Of a stretch of DNA of 64,000 bases, positions 39,181 through 51,600 are shown piece by piece. Both the position numbers and the translations under genes were made by a program. The stretch's first letter is position 1, and every line of letters begins with the position of its first letter. This stretch comes from Octopus bimaculoides (Eukaryota), in NCBI RefSeq assembly GCF_001194135.2, contig NC_068982.1:14627071-14691070 (forward strand), read 5' to 3'. A model generated the notes under the pieces. The model saw only the letters and a list, made by a program, of their open reading frames with translations, searched no databases and was not told the DNA's origin.

Positions 39181-40215
39181 AAATAGCAACAAAAGAACTT
39201 TGACTAACAAACAACTAATTGATATTTTTAACCAACACGTTAAACAAACAATCAATTAGTTAGTTGGTTAGATATTTAACCAACTGAATAACAATAAAGA
39301 AGTGATAGTCAACCAGTGCATGTGTTTATTATTATTGGTGTAACAACCTTCCCAAGACACAAGATTTGTTTCAACACACGAATTTACACCAAGAATTTTG
39401 TAAACCAAATGCAAAAATAAAGTTACTGGAAAACAGAAATTTTTCAATAAAAATACAGTATATCCAAACAGAAATTAATGAAAATGTATATTTAGGATGT
39501 TTTTCTTGCTGTAATTGATGTGATGGCATTTAATGTGAACTCTAAATAGAGTTGTTAGAGAACAAATGGAAACTAAACAAACCTTAACTAAAAGCCATGT
39601 AATATTAAGAACACTTCTTACACAGAATAGATTTGTTCTCAATGCATTACTCCCTGCGAGACATCGAACATTGCATGCACAAATTATTGCATTTGCAATT
39701 TGTTAGATGAAAGATTTATCACAGCACGAGAAAACTATAGATTTTTGTACAAAGAAATACATATAAGAAAATAATGGCTATTAGATCTGAAGAACGGTAA
39801 TGCAAACAGCTCAAGTCAAGAAGTGTTGAGTTTCTAGAAAAGATTGAATTGTTTTTCTAAGGTATGTATCATTTATCTTCATCTTGCTCTCTGGAATTCA
39901 CCACCACAACCCCCCACCTCTCTCTCTCTCTCTCTCTCTCCCAATGATTCTGATAAAAGTTTGTCCTGAGTGGAACCAGTACACAGAAATACAAAGAAAA
40001 GAAACTGATACAGAATATAAATGCTAAGGCAGATACAATGTAATAGATACTCAATAAAAGAAGGAAAAAATAAAATAGCAAAAATATAGTAAACTGTTGA
40101 TGAGCTTTTGCTTAACCTAAGGTCAGCCCTGACAGAACAGATATGATCAAAGGAGCTCTGACCATGACCATCTCATCAAAATTTTTTGAAGTGTATCTAG
40201 AAATACATTATTTAA

Positions 40216-41163
40216 CCCTTTCGTTAACTGTATTTATTTCAATATGCTCTGTGTTTCTTTCAATCAATTTTAAATATAACAAAGAACTTAGTAAAATAAC
40301 TTTGTTATCATTAAGCTAGTGTTAGGAACATAAATTATGACTATGGTTTGGGGGAAGATTTTAATTCAAAACTTATGGAAACAAGGCATTTGTACTACAG
40401 AGCCAGAGGCAGTTTGAAATGGGTTGGTATCAAAAGGGTTAAATTAATCATTTGTTAACCCTTTTGTTACCATATTTCTGTTAAGATGCTCTGTGTTTCT
40501 TTCAATTAATTTTAAATATAACAAAGAATTTAGTAAAAAATACTTAGTTATCATTAAGCTAGTGTTAGGAACATAAATTGTGACTAAGGTTTGGTGGAAG
40601 ATTTTAATTCAGAACTTATGAAGACAAGACATTTGTACTACAGAGCCAGAGGCAATTTGAAATGGGTTGGTATCAAAAGGGTTAAATTAATCATTTGTTA
40701 ACCCTTTTGTTACCATATTTCTGTTAAGATGCTCTGTGTTTCTTTCAATTAATTTTAATATAACAAAGAATTTAGTAAAATAACTTAGTTATCATTCAGC
40801 TAGTGTTAGGAACATAAATTGTGACTAAGGTTTGGTGGAAGATTTTAATTCAGAACTTATGAAGACAAGACATTTGTACCACAGAGCCAGAGGTAGTTTC
40901 AGCCAGGTTGGTAACGAAAGGGTTAAATTAATCATTTGTTAACCCTTTTGTTACCATATTTCTGTTGAGATGTTCTGGGTTTCTTTCAATTAATTTTAAA
41001 TATAACAAAGAATTTAGTAAAATAACTTAGTTATCATTCAGCTGGTGTTAGGAACATAAATTGTGACTAAGGTTTGGTGGAAGATTTTAATTTAAAACTT
41101 ATGGAAACAAGACATTTGTACTCAGAGCCAGAGCTGGTTTCAGCCGGGTTGGTAACAAAAGGG
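40216..41163. mobile_element. Tandem array 2 of TTAA MITE, 4 units (40216-40438, 40459-40681, 40702-40922, 40943-41163)
   Basis: 221-223-bp units with CCC...GGG termini and TTAA flanks; identical 12-bp linkers at 40443-40454, 40686-40697 and 40927-40938; period ~243 bp. Confidence 0.9.
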
Positions 41164-41327
41164 TTAATGTGTTTTTGTTTATTAAAATAGCAGAATGTGT
41201 TTTGAGAGAAGTTTGGCAACTCTTTCTCAATAGGTTCTTTGTTATAAAATTAGAAAACAAAAGGAAGAATAAAACATCAACAAAAACAAATGTAAAAAAT
41301 ATATGTAAACTGTTTTTATTCTTATGT

Positions 41328-41670
41328 TCTTTTATTTGTTTCAGTCATTTGACTGTGGCCATGCTGGAGCACCGCCTTTAGTTGAACAAATCAACCCCAG
41401 GACTTATTCTTTGTAAGCCTAGTATTTATTTTATCGGTCTTTTTTGCTGAACTGCTGAGTTACGGGGATGTAAACACCAACATCGGTTGTCAAGTGATGG
41501 AGATGGGGGGGAAGAAACACAGAACACAAACACACACACACACATATATATACAAAGGGCTTCTTTCAGTTTCCATCTACCAAATCCACACGCAAGGCTT
41601 TGGTCGGCCCGAGGCTATGTATTAGAAGACACTTGCCCAAGGTGCCATGCAGTGGGACTGAACCTGCGAC
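41328..41670 (-). mobile_element. SINE family A, head truncated
   Basis: Reverse complement of the family-A body and tail. Confidence 0.85.
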
Positions 41671-41860
41671 CAAGTGGAAAGGGAAAATAAAAAGAAAGGA
41701 GTAAACTCAAGAATTAAAAACTTCTCGGTCAATAAAAAGGGAGCCTCATAATCTAACGAGAGTTTCTACATGGTCCCCCAACTTACTAGAAATAGCAGCT
41801 AAATCTCCCTTATATCATATCCTACAGTTTTTAATAGGGAAGTAATTCCTGAAATATTAA

Positions 41861-42299
41861 ACCTTTGTGGCTAAATTTCTGTTGAAATACATTACCTTTC
41901 TTTTAATTCATTTTGAAAGCAATGAAGAATTCACTAAATTAACTTAGTCATCATCTTGGTGAACGGATCATACTTTAAAATGAAATTTAGACAGAAGCTT
42001 TTAATCTAGATCAATTTAACCCATTAGCATTCGAACCAGCCATATCTGGCTCACATACTCTGCATGTTTTATGTTCAAACTGGCCAGATCCAGCCTCTCA
42101 CACCTGCCCTACAATGTAATTCTAAATAAATAATTAAATCATTGAAATCTTGAAGCTAAGAGAAAATGCAAGATTAATTCAAAATGATGTGAATAAATAA
42201 GCATTATATTTGACAGGGTAATCTGAATGCTAAGGGGCTAAACAGGAAGTTTGTATCATAGACCCAGGGTCAGTCTCAGGTAGGTCGTTATCAAAAGGT
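41861..42299. mobile_element. Older diverged TTAA MITE containing a nested second TTAA MITE (42020-42237)
   Basis: Outer element ttaa|acctttgtgg...tatcaaaaggt|ttaa; inner element ttaa|cccattagcattc...gaatgctaagggg|ctaa with inverted termini. Confidence 0.65.
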
Positions 42300-42305
42300 T
42301 TAAAA

Positions 42306-43169
42306 CAGTGGTTCTCAAACAGGGTCTATGTAATCCCTAAAGGTTCATACAAGATTTTTGTGGGTCCATGCAGTGAAATAGTAAACTGAGGATCCACAGT
42401 AGTATTTTAAGGGCTCCTGGAAAAATTTTTGTTTTAGATGTATGTATTGGTATGTTTTGCAAGAAACAACTAAGTTTCTGTCTCTAACATTTTACATAAT
42501 TCAACCTACACAAGTTAATGTCATCATCATCATCGTTGTCGTCGTTTAGCGTCCGCTTTCCATGCTAGCATGGGTTGGACAATTTGACTGAGGACTGGTG
42601 GACCAGGTGGCTACACCAGGCTCCAATCTGATTTGGCAGAGTTTCTACAGCTGGATGCCCTTCCTAACACCAACCACTCTGAGAGTGTAGTGGGTGCTTT
42701 TACATGCCACCAGCACGAAGGCCAGTCAGGCAATACTGGCAATGGCCACGCTCAAAATGGTGTATTTTACGTGCCACCTGCACAGGAGCCAGTTCGGCGG
42801 CACTGGCAATGATCTCGCTCGAATGTCTTTACACATGTCATCCAGCACAAGTGCCAGGGAGGCGATGCTGGGCACAAGTGCCATGACGATTTCGCTTTTG
42901 CTTGTCCCAACAGGTCTTTGCATGAAGGAGACGATGTTGGCATGGGTGCCAGTCATCGAATCTAATTCGATTTCGATTTCTCTTGCCTCAACAGGTCTTT
43001 GCAAGCGGAGTTTAGTGTCCAATGAAGGAGGGTGTGAAAAACAAATTAGGAATTTTGAAAGAGGTTTCTATAAAACTAGTTTTTAAACATCGAATGGCTA
43101 GTGGGGTCCACCAGAACAAAGTAGCAATCAAACAGGTCCACAGATAAAAAAAATTGTTGGGAACGCCTG
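42306..43169. mobile_element. hAT-type non-autonomous element with a nested family-E repeat (~42521-43030)
   Basis: TIRs cagtggttctcaa / ttgggaacgcctg; 8-bp target duplication gtttaaaa (42298-42305) / ggttaaaa (43170-43177). Confidence 0.75.
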
Positions 43170-43987
43170 GGTTAAAAGGTGGGACAGTCCTAGCAGCAAT
43201 GAAATGCTTCTGATCATATCTGTTTAATCAGGGTCTGACCTGGAGTGAAACGATAACAATAAAATCAACAACAACAACAACAATAGCAACGTTTTATGAG
43301 AAAGAATAATGTTATGTAAGACACATAGCATTATTCAACAACAAAAAAATGGGGCATTGTCTATTGTTCATATAAACCTGACCTTTATAAATTCACAAGG
43401 GGATTAACATTTTTTAACAAGATGCTGCACATCTGTAACACACATGGTCATACAAATGTGTGTGTGTGTGTGTATGTGTGTGTATGTGCGCACACACACA
43501 CATATATATAAAATATAAATATATACATATATAAAATATAAATATACATATATTAAATGTATACATATATAAATATACATATATTAAATATATACATATA
43601 TAAATATACATATATAAAATATGAATATATATTTATTTATATTTATATACTTTGGGGTTAAAGTATAAATGGAAATTTTATTCACAATATATCCAAAGCT
43701 GACTTGGATATTTAGCAGACTGATCAAACGAATCTCATATTTGGAATTTACATCTAATTATAGGCTATGATGTCTCTAGACATCTAATTATCAGGGTATG
43801 AAATGCTTCCTATATTTGCAGATCTAGCCAATCCATGCCAAAAACTGTAAAGGTGAGACATCAAAGTAACGATAAATTATGATTGAAGGATGTGTGTGTG
43901 TCTGTGTCTTTGCATGTGTGTGTGTGTATGTGTGTGTGTGTGTGTGTGTGTGCATGTGAATGTGTATGTATGTATGTGTATACATGG

Positions 43988-44023
<36 letters not shown>

Positions 44024-44289
44024 ATGTGTATGTCTGTGTGGAGGCATGTGTGAGAGTGTGTGTGTGTGTGTGCATGCATGCATGTGCATGCATGTAAATT
44101 AGGATACGTGATCACATCAAAGCATGTTATGGTCATCGTTCTTTCTGGACATCAATAGGGAACTAGTAACCACGGATACACAGACACTAAAATGATGATG
44201 ATGATGAGGAGGAGGAGGCGGAGGAGGAGGAGGATGTTATTTATTATTGTGTTGATCATGATATAATAATTGTTGCTATTGTTGTTTAA

Positions 44290-44717
44290 CCCTTTTGTTA
44301 CCATATTTCGTTTGAGATGCTCTGTTTCTTTTAATCAGTTTTAAATATAACAAAGAATTTAGTTATCATTAAGCTAGTGTTAGGAACATAAATTGTGACT
44401 AAGGTTTGGTGGAAGATTTTAATCCAGAACTTTTGAAATCAAGACATTTGTTCTACAGAGCCAGAGGCAGTTTCAGCTGGGTTGATAACAAACGGGTTAA
44501 ATTAATCATTTGTTAACCCTTTCATTACCGTATTTCTGTTGAGATGCTCTGTGTTTCTTTCAATTAATTTTAAATATAACAAAGAATTTAGTAAAATAAC
44601 TTAGTTATCATAAATTGTGACTAAGGTTTAGTGGAAGATTTTAGTTCAGAACTTTTGAAAATAGAACATTTGTACCACAGACCAGAGGCAGTTTCAGCTG
44701 GGTTCATATTAAAATGG
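44290..44717. mobile_element. Tandem array 3 of TTAA MITE, 2 units (44290-44496, 44517-44717)
   Basis: Same element with small internal deletions; linker at 44501-44512; inserted at a TTAA near the start of a family-F repeat (TTAA duplicated at 44286 and 44718). Confidence 0.85.
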
Positions 44718-44721
44718 TTAA

Positions 44722-44890
44722 TCCAAATCAGCTTTGATAGAACAGATGATCTATGATGAATCACTTCACACCCTTGACCATCTCATCTTATTAAATGTCT
44801 AGGGCTACAATGTCTCATGTAGCCTTCCTTACTCAAGATTGAAGAACGTGATTTGAGGGAGACTTGGTTGCTATCTCAAGAAAGCCAAAC
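44722..44890 (+). repeat. Interspersed repeat family F (representative copy)
   Basis: Pattern tcagc..tgat.gaacag...tatgat...gaccatc...gagggagacttggttgctat; related degraded copies near 2860, 23900, 40100, 41760/43190, 46640, 53470, 55480 and 60830. Confidence 0.55.
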
Positions 44891-45132
44891 AACCACGACT
44901 TTCGCATGATATTGATTATGGTAGTGCTGCTTCTGCTGATGCTAATGATGATAATGGCAATCCTCAAGACCATTTCTAACTTCATGACACCATTTTATTG
45001 GTGACAGCTTTTTGGCTTTCCATAACATAGAATCCACTCACAAGGCTATAGTAGAAGACATTTGCCCAAGGTGCCACACAGTGTGACTGAACCCAGAACC
45101 ATGTGGTTGGGAAGCAAACTTCTTACCACACA

Positions 45133-45866
45133 GAAATTTTTGACAAATATTTAGTTCCTTACATAGAATTTTTGTCAAATATTTAGTTCTTTAGAATTTT
45201 TGTCAAATATTTAGTTCTTTAGAATTTTTGTCAAATATTTAGTTCTTTAGAATTTTTGTCAAATATTTAGTTCTTTAGAATTTTTGTCAAATATTTNNNN
45301 NNNNNNNNNNNNNNNNNNNNNNNNNNNNNNNNNNNNNNNNNNNNNNNNNNNNNNNNNNNNNNNNNNNNNNNNNNNNNNNNNNNNNNNNNNNNNNNNNNNN
45401 NNNNNNNNNNNNNNNNNNNNNNNNNNNNNNNNNNNNNNNNNNNNNNNNNNNNNNNNNNNNNNNNNNNNNNNNNNNNNNNNNNNNNNNNNNNNNNNNNNNN
45501 NNNNNNNNNNNNNNNNNNNNNNNNNNNNNNNNNNNNNNNNNNNNNNNNNNNNNNNNNNNNNNNNNNNNNNNNNNNNNNNNNNNNNNAGTTCTTTAGAATT
45601 TTTGTCAAATATTTAGTTCTTTAGAATTTTTGTCAAATATTTAGTTCTTTAGAATTTTTGTCAAATATTTAGTTCTTTAGAATTTTTGTCAAATATTTAG
45701 TTCTTTAGAATTTTTGTCAAAGATTTAGTTCTTTAGAATTTTTGTCAAATATTTAGTTCTTTAGAATTTTTGACAAATATTTAGTTCTTTAGAAATTTTG
45801 TCACATATTTAGTTCTTCAGAATTTTTGTCAAATATTTAGTTCTTTAGAATTTTTGTCAAACATTT
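45133..45866. repeat. 28-bp minisatellite (ATTTAGTTCTTTAGAATTTTTGTCAAAT)n spanning an N-gap (45297-45587)
   Basis: Period of 28 measured directly (45181 to 45209); near-identical units on both sides of the gap. Confidence 0.95.
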
Positions 45867-46986
45867 GCCTATTAAAAACCAAAGATGGATGCTGGCATTT
45901 TTGCTTTTAATTTCTTACTTTTACTGCACAGCATCTTAAGTTTGATCACCTGACAGCAAACACTTCAGCATATTCAGTAAGTAGCTGGAAAGCAGATACC
46001 TTTTCTAGGAATGGAGTCAAATACAAACTAGCAAAGTATGATGACAGTGTAAATCTGACACAGTTACCTAAACAATATATTGATTACTGAGGTATTTTCT
46101 TTAATCATGGTGAAAAACACAAAAACTAACTAACCAACCAATCAAAAGAACTCATATGTGGTGAAGTAGCAGCTAATAGTTACTGCAGAGATAATAGCAG
46201 CAGCAGAACTACCACCACCACCATCACCACCACAGTCACCATCACTGCCACCACAGCCACCATCACCACCACAGTCACCACCACCATCACCACCATCACC
46301 ACCACCACCATCACCACCACAGCCACCATCACCACCATCNNNNNNNNNNACAACAACAACATTAGCATCACCGCCACCATCACTCTCATGACCATCACAA
46401 TTACAATCATTTGTCTCAGTGCAACTATTGCTGTTGTCATTGTTGTAGTCATTGTTCCCATTATCATCGTTGTCATCTTTATAATTAATTTCTTTTTGCT
46501 TTTGTTCTTTTTTTTGTACATTTTTTTCTTTTTCTTTTTTTCTTTTTAGTATGTCTTGTGACAACAATTGGTAAAACACCTAGCAACAACAGCAGCAGGA
46601 ACGAACCAATGAGGAACATCTACGTAGTTACAGGCCCAGCAAGAAAGCAAGAGATAGCAGCCGTATATTACTCTAAATTACAGTATAATATTTTATAAAA
46701 TGGACACATTGAATAACATCTTCTGAGCTACACTATTCCAGAAGAAAAGTTGCTACGGTCAGAGGTCACAGCTGTGATGACCATTGATCATAGAACTGTC
46801 TGTGCTATTCAGGTTTCATTTAGGGTTGAACAGCAGCACTAGATAAGACAACTATAGCTGGAGAAACAGCTGAAAATACAATAAAAGATATTCCAAGAAC
46901 ACCTTTACTAGCAGAAGTGTAGTTTTAGCACTGCTAGCTAAGCTACCAAATACTTGTTTTTTAAACACAGAGTATTTCCAAAGCTT

Positions 46987-47372
46987 GTGGAGGTGTGTGG
47001 CCTAGTGGTTAGGACATTTGGCTCATGATTGTAAGGTCGTGAGTTCGATTCCCGGCGACGCGTTGTGTCCTTGAGCAAGACACTTTATTTCCCGTTGCTC
47101 CAGTCCACTCTGCTGGCAAAAATGAGTAGTACCTGTATTTCAAAGGGCCGGCCTTGTCACACTCTGTANNNNNNNNNNAAAATGAGTAGTACCTGTATTT
47201 CAAAGGGCCGGCCTTGTCACACTCTGTATCATACTGAATCTCCCTGAGAACTACGTTAGGGGTACATGTGTCTGTGGATTGCTCAGCCACTTCCATGTTA
47301 ATTTCATGAGCAAGCTGTTCTGTTGATCGTATCAGCTGGGATCCTTGTCGTTGTAACTGATGGAGTGCTCCT
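46987..47372 (+). mobile_element. SINE family D (tail shared with family C)
   Basis: tRNA-like head gtggcctagtggttagg...gagttcgattcc, core gtgtccttgagcaagacac; 14-bp TSD tatttccaaagctt at 46973-46986 and 47373-47386. Other copies at ~22742-23050 (-) and ~53040-53360 (+). Confidence 0.85.
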
Positions 47373-47437
47373 TATTTCCAAAGCTTACACTTGCCTCCTC
47401 ACAAAACTGTCTCTCTGTCTATAAAATTTTGTTCTTT

Positions 47438-47772
47438 GGTTATGACGACAAGGGTTCCAGTTGATCCGATCAATGGAACAGCCTACTGGTGAAATTAACA
47501 TGCAAGTGGCTGAGCACTCCACAGACACGTGTACACTTGACATAGTTCTCAGGGAGAATCAGCGTGACACAAAGTGTGACAAGGCTGGCCCTTTGAAATA
47601 CAGGCACAACAGAAACAGGAAGTAAGAATGAGAGAAAGTTGTGGTGAAAGAGTACAGCAGGGTTCACCCCCACCCCCTGCTGGAGCCTTGTGGAACTTTA
47701 GGTGTTTTTGCTCAATAAACACCCACAATGCATGGTCTGGGAATCAAAACCACTGGGCCATTGTGCTTCCAC
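47438..47772 (-). mobile_element. SINE family C (small deletion in the head)
   Basis: Matches the 11768, 17272 and 52068 copies. Confidence 0.85.
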
Positions 47773-48189
47773 CTATGAAATTTAATGCTGAAATGAAACA
47801 ATTTCAAAGGTGAAAGAGCAAATATTTATTAAAAAAAAACAAAAGAAAAAAAAACACTTGAATAAACTATTTGTTGTTTTAGACAGTTATTTATTTTTTA
47901 CTTGTTCTAATCATTAAACTGTGGCCATGCTGGGGTAATGCTTTGAAAAATTTTAGTTGAATGAACTGATTCCAGAACTATTTTTATTTTTTTGAAGCCT
48001 GATACTTATTCAACCAATCTCTTTACCAAACCACTTAGTTACAGAGGCATAAACAAATCAGCACAGGTTAGTGGTTGTGGGGTCCAAAATACAAGCACAA
48101 AGACACATACATACATACATACATACATACATACATACATACATACATACATACACACAAACACACACAAACACACACACATATATATA

Positions 48190-48371
48190 TATATTGAGAA
48201 AAAGGGAGCAGTCAGAATTTTTGATGATTCTTTATTAGTGCTTTTGTTCATTTATCGAACTCATCAAGACAAAATAAAAATTTTGATTTTGTCTTTATAA
48301 GTCCGATAAATGAACGAATGTGCAAATAAAGAATTATCCAAAATTCTGACTGCTCCCTTTTTCTCAATATA
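48190..48371. mobile_element. Near-fully palindromic MITE (~85-bp arms), TA-flanked
   Basis: tatattgagaaaaagggagcagtcagaattt... pairs with ...aaattctgactgctcccttttttctcaatata around a short A/T loop. Confidence 0.8.
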
Positions 48372-48400
48372 CAATATCTGTACACCACTTCAAACACTCT

Positions 48401-48441
<41 letters not shown>

Positions 48442-49934
48442 TATTTTCTATTGATCAAATCCTACTCTCAAGGCTTTGGATGACCTGCAGTTATAGTAGA
48501 GAACATTCATCCAAGGTACTACACAGCAGGACTGAACCCAGAAACATATGGTTGGGAAGTAAACTTTTAACCACACAGCCACATAGGTTTCTTTCTATCT
48601 CTCTCTTTTACCTTTGTTTTTCTATTTTTCATAGTCAGAGGTTGAAAGACAACCATGCCTCCTGTCTAGGCTAGAGGGGAAGTCATCTTCAGACCAAGGC
48701 TTGACTTGCATGCTTGTAACAGAGTGAACTCATCTAAAGGTAACCAAAGCTTAAGTGATTATGTTAAACTGGTAAACCACCCAAAAGAGAAATAGACCCT
48801 TCCCCACTACCACCACCACTGACAGGCTTCCTGATTGGCTCCCATGCCAGTGACACATAAAAAGCACCATTCAACTGTGGTTGATGTCAATGCCAGTGCT
48901 GCCTGACTGGCCTCTGTGTTGGTGGCACGTAAAAAGCACCCACTACACCCTCAGAGTGGTTGGCATTAGGAAGGGAATCCAGTTGTAGAAACCTTGCCAG
49001 ATCAGATTGGAGCCTGGTGCAGCCATCTGGTTCATCAGTCCTCAGTCAAATCGTCCAACTCATGCTAGCATGGAAAGCAGACGTTAAACGATGATGATGA
49101 TGATAATGACACATAAAAAAGCATCCAACACACTCTGTAAATGTGTTGACATTAGGAAGAGCATCCAGCCATAAAATCTATGCCACAACAGACAGCTGGA
49201 CTCTGAACAGTTCCCCAGCAGACCAGTTCCCATCAAACTGTCCAACCCAAGCCAGTATGGAAAACAGACATTAAACGATGATGATGATGATGATAATGAT
49301 GATGTGTGTGTGCCTGTGTGCATGTCATGCAAGCACTGTCCTTCATTCCCAATATTTCGTGAATACATATCTGGTTATAAAAAAAATATTACCTTCTCTT
49401 AGAAACATGTAAGGGTTGGTGACAGGGAAAGCATCCAGCCGTAGAAAATCCACCACAACCAACCTTCCATCTGACCCATGCAAGCATGGAAAAGCAGACA
49501 TTGAAACAATGATATTATTTTCTCAACCTCTAAGTATTAACCGTAAACCATTCAATCTACTCATCATATTTAGGTAGGCAACAGTGACAACGAGAATCAT
49601 GCATGAGCACCATAGAATAGCTGTAGGAATGTTGATTACTTTTGACTTAGCACAGAGCTGTTCCCAACGGGGTTGGAGCAATGAACTAGAAATAGTAAAC
49701 CAACCAGTTTGATTATCTACTGCTCATATCATTAATCATCATCATCTTCATCATCATCATCATCGCCATCGTCATTGTCATCGCCATCGTCATCATCGTC
49801 ATCACCAACATCCTACACCATACTCTGCCAGTGCTTCAGCAACCTCATTCTTCTATGGCAAAGTGGAAGTGGTTGCCTTGAGGGAAAAGCATAATGTGAG
49901 CTCTCCTCCATATCCTCTCAGCACAGATTAGCTG

Positions 49935-50271
49935 ATTCTGAGAGAGAGAGAGACAGACAGAGACAGAGAGACAGAGTAAGAGAGAGACAGATAGAGAGAG
50001 AGAGACAGAGAGAGAGAGACAGAGAGAGACAAAATTAACTCCAGTACTTGATTAATACACACACACACACACACATATACACACATACACACACTCTCTC
50101 TCTCACTTTCCATCTCTCCTTCTCTTTCACATACATACATACATTCACACACACACACATACACATTCTCTCTCTTTCTTTTACATACATACATTCACAC
50201 ACACACTCTCTCTCTCTCTTTAACATACATACACACAGACACACATTCACACGCATGCACACACACACACA

Positions 50272-50313
<42 letters not shown>

Positions 50314-50360
50314 TTAACATACATACATACACGCACACACACACATTCACACGCATGCAC
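49935..50360. repeat. (GA)n/(GACA)n and (CA)n/(CT)n compound microsatellite
   Basis: Direct reading. Confidence 0.9.
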
Positions 50361-51600
50361 ATAAAATGATTTTCAATCCAGACACAAGAGCTAATATTTC
50401 TAAGAGGCAAGACATGAGAAGTAATTCCTTTATTCTTCTATTCTTTTAGTGATTCCAGTCAATAGCCTGCGGCCATGCTGGAGCACTACCTTTATAAATA
50501 TGATGCTCATTATCTTTTTCAAGGATATTTGTCTCTTAATTGAAGTGAAATGTCTCCATTAAATTATAATGCTTTGGATTACTAATCATATCCTTAGTAC
50601 ATATCGGTTTCAAATTTTGGCACAAGGCCAGCAATTTTAAGAGATGGAGTAAGATGATTACATCAACCCCAGTGTCCAACAGGTACTTATTTTATTGACC
50701 CTGAAAGGTAGAAAGGCAAAGATGACCTCAGCAGAATTTGAAACCAGAACATAGAAACAGACAAAATACGACAATGTATTTTGCCCAGCATGCAACTGAT
50801 TCTGCCAGCCTGCTGCCTTAGCTTTAAGGTATACTAGCACTATAGCCTGGCTTTGCTCAGGATTAAGTTAGGATTACCTGAATAATACCATCAATTGAGG
50901 CAAATTTGGCACCCAGACTTAAGTTTTGTAAGAGGAATTTAGAGGCCTGTCTTCTCCCGCAGAGATGTGAGAGTCAGATCTCTCCTTTGGAAAACATGAA
51001 CAGTTTCATAACATTGTTTACAAAATAATAGCTGATCGTTTGCGAAGGAGCGTGTCTACAGTCAACACTTAGGATTTTGTGGTCATCGTCGTCATTGTGG
51101 TCTTGAGGAGGAGGAGAAGGAGAAATAGATAGGTAGTCACTTGTTAAGTTTACAAGACCACATGAAAGTACATGGATTAGTCGTTGTGTTCTAGAGCAAA
51201 ACTCTTCATTTCACATCGCTCCTGTCCACTCAGCTGTTAAAACATAAGTAATCATGTGACGGAATGGTGTCCTGAGAGTCAGAAAGCTGACCCTCTGAGT
51301 CTGTGTGATTTAGGAAGGATGTTTATCCTATCTTATCCTTTTTATAAGACTATCAAAATCACAATCAAAATCAAATTCGCTGACATGGCCGATGACAGCC
51401 CTGCCTGACTGGCACCCGTGCCAGTAGATCATTAACAGCACCATCCGAGCGAGATCGTTACCAGGGTTGCTGATTGGCTCTTGTGCCAGTGGCACATAAG
51501 AAGCATCATTTGAGTGTGATCGTTACCAGCGTCGCCTTACTGGTACTTGTGCCAGTGGCACGTGAAAAACAACATTCAAGCGAGGTCGTTGTCAGTGCCG

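Noticed and set aside
42694-43086. 130-aa and 98-aa ORFs
   Set aside because: They lie within a family-E repeat nested in a hAT element; no protein family resemblance.
50870-50960. Minus-strand donor-like ATTCAG|gtaatc as a candidate upstream exon
   Set aside because: The frame needed for a phase-1 junction has a stop; no similarity to expected sequence.
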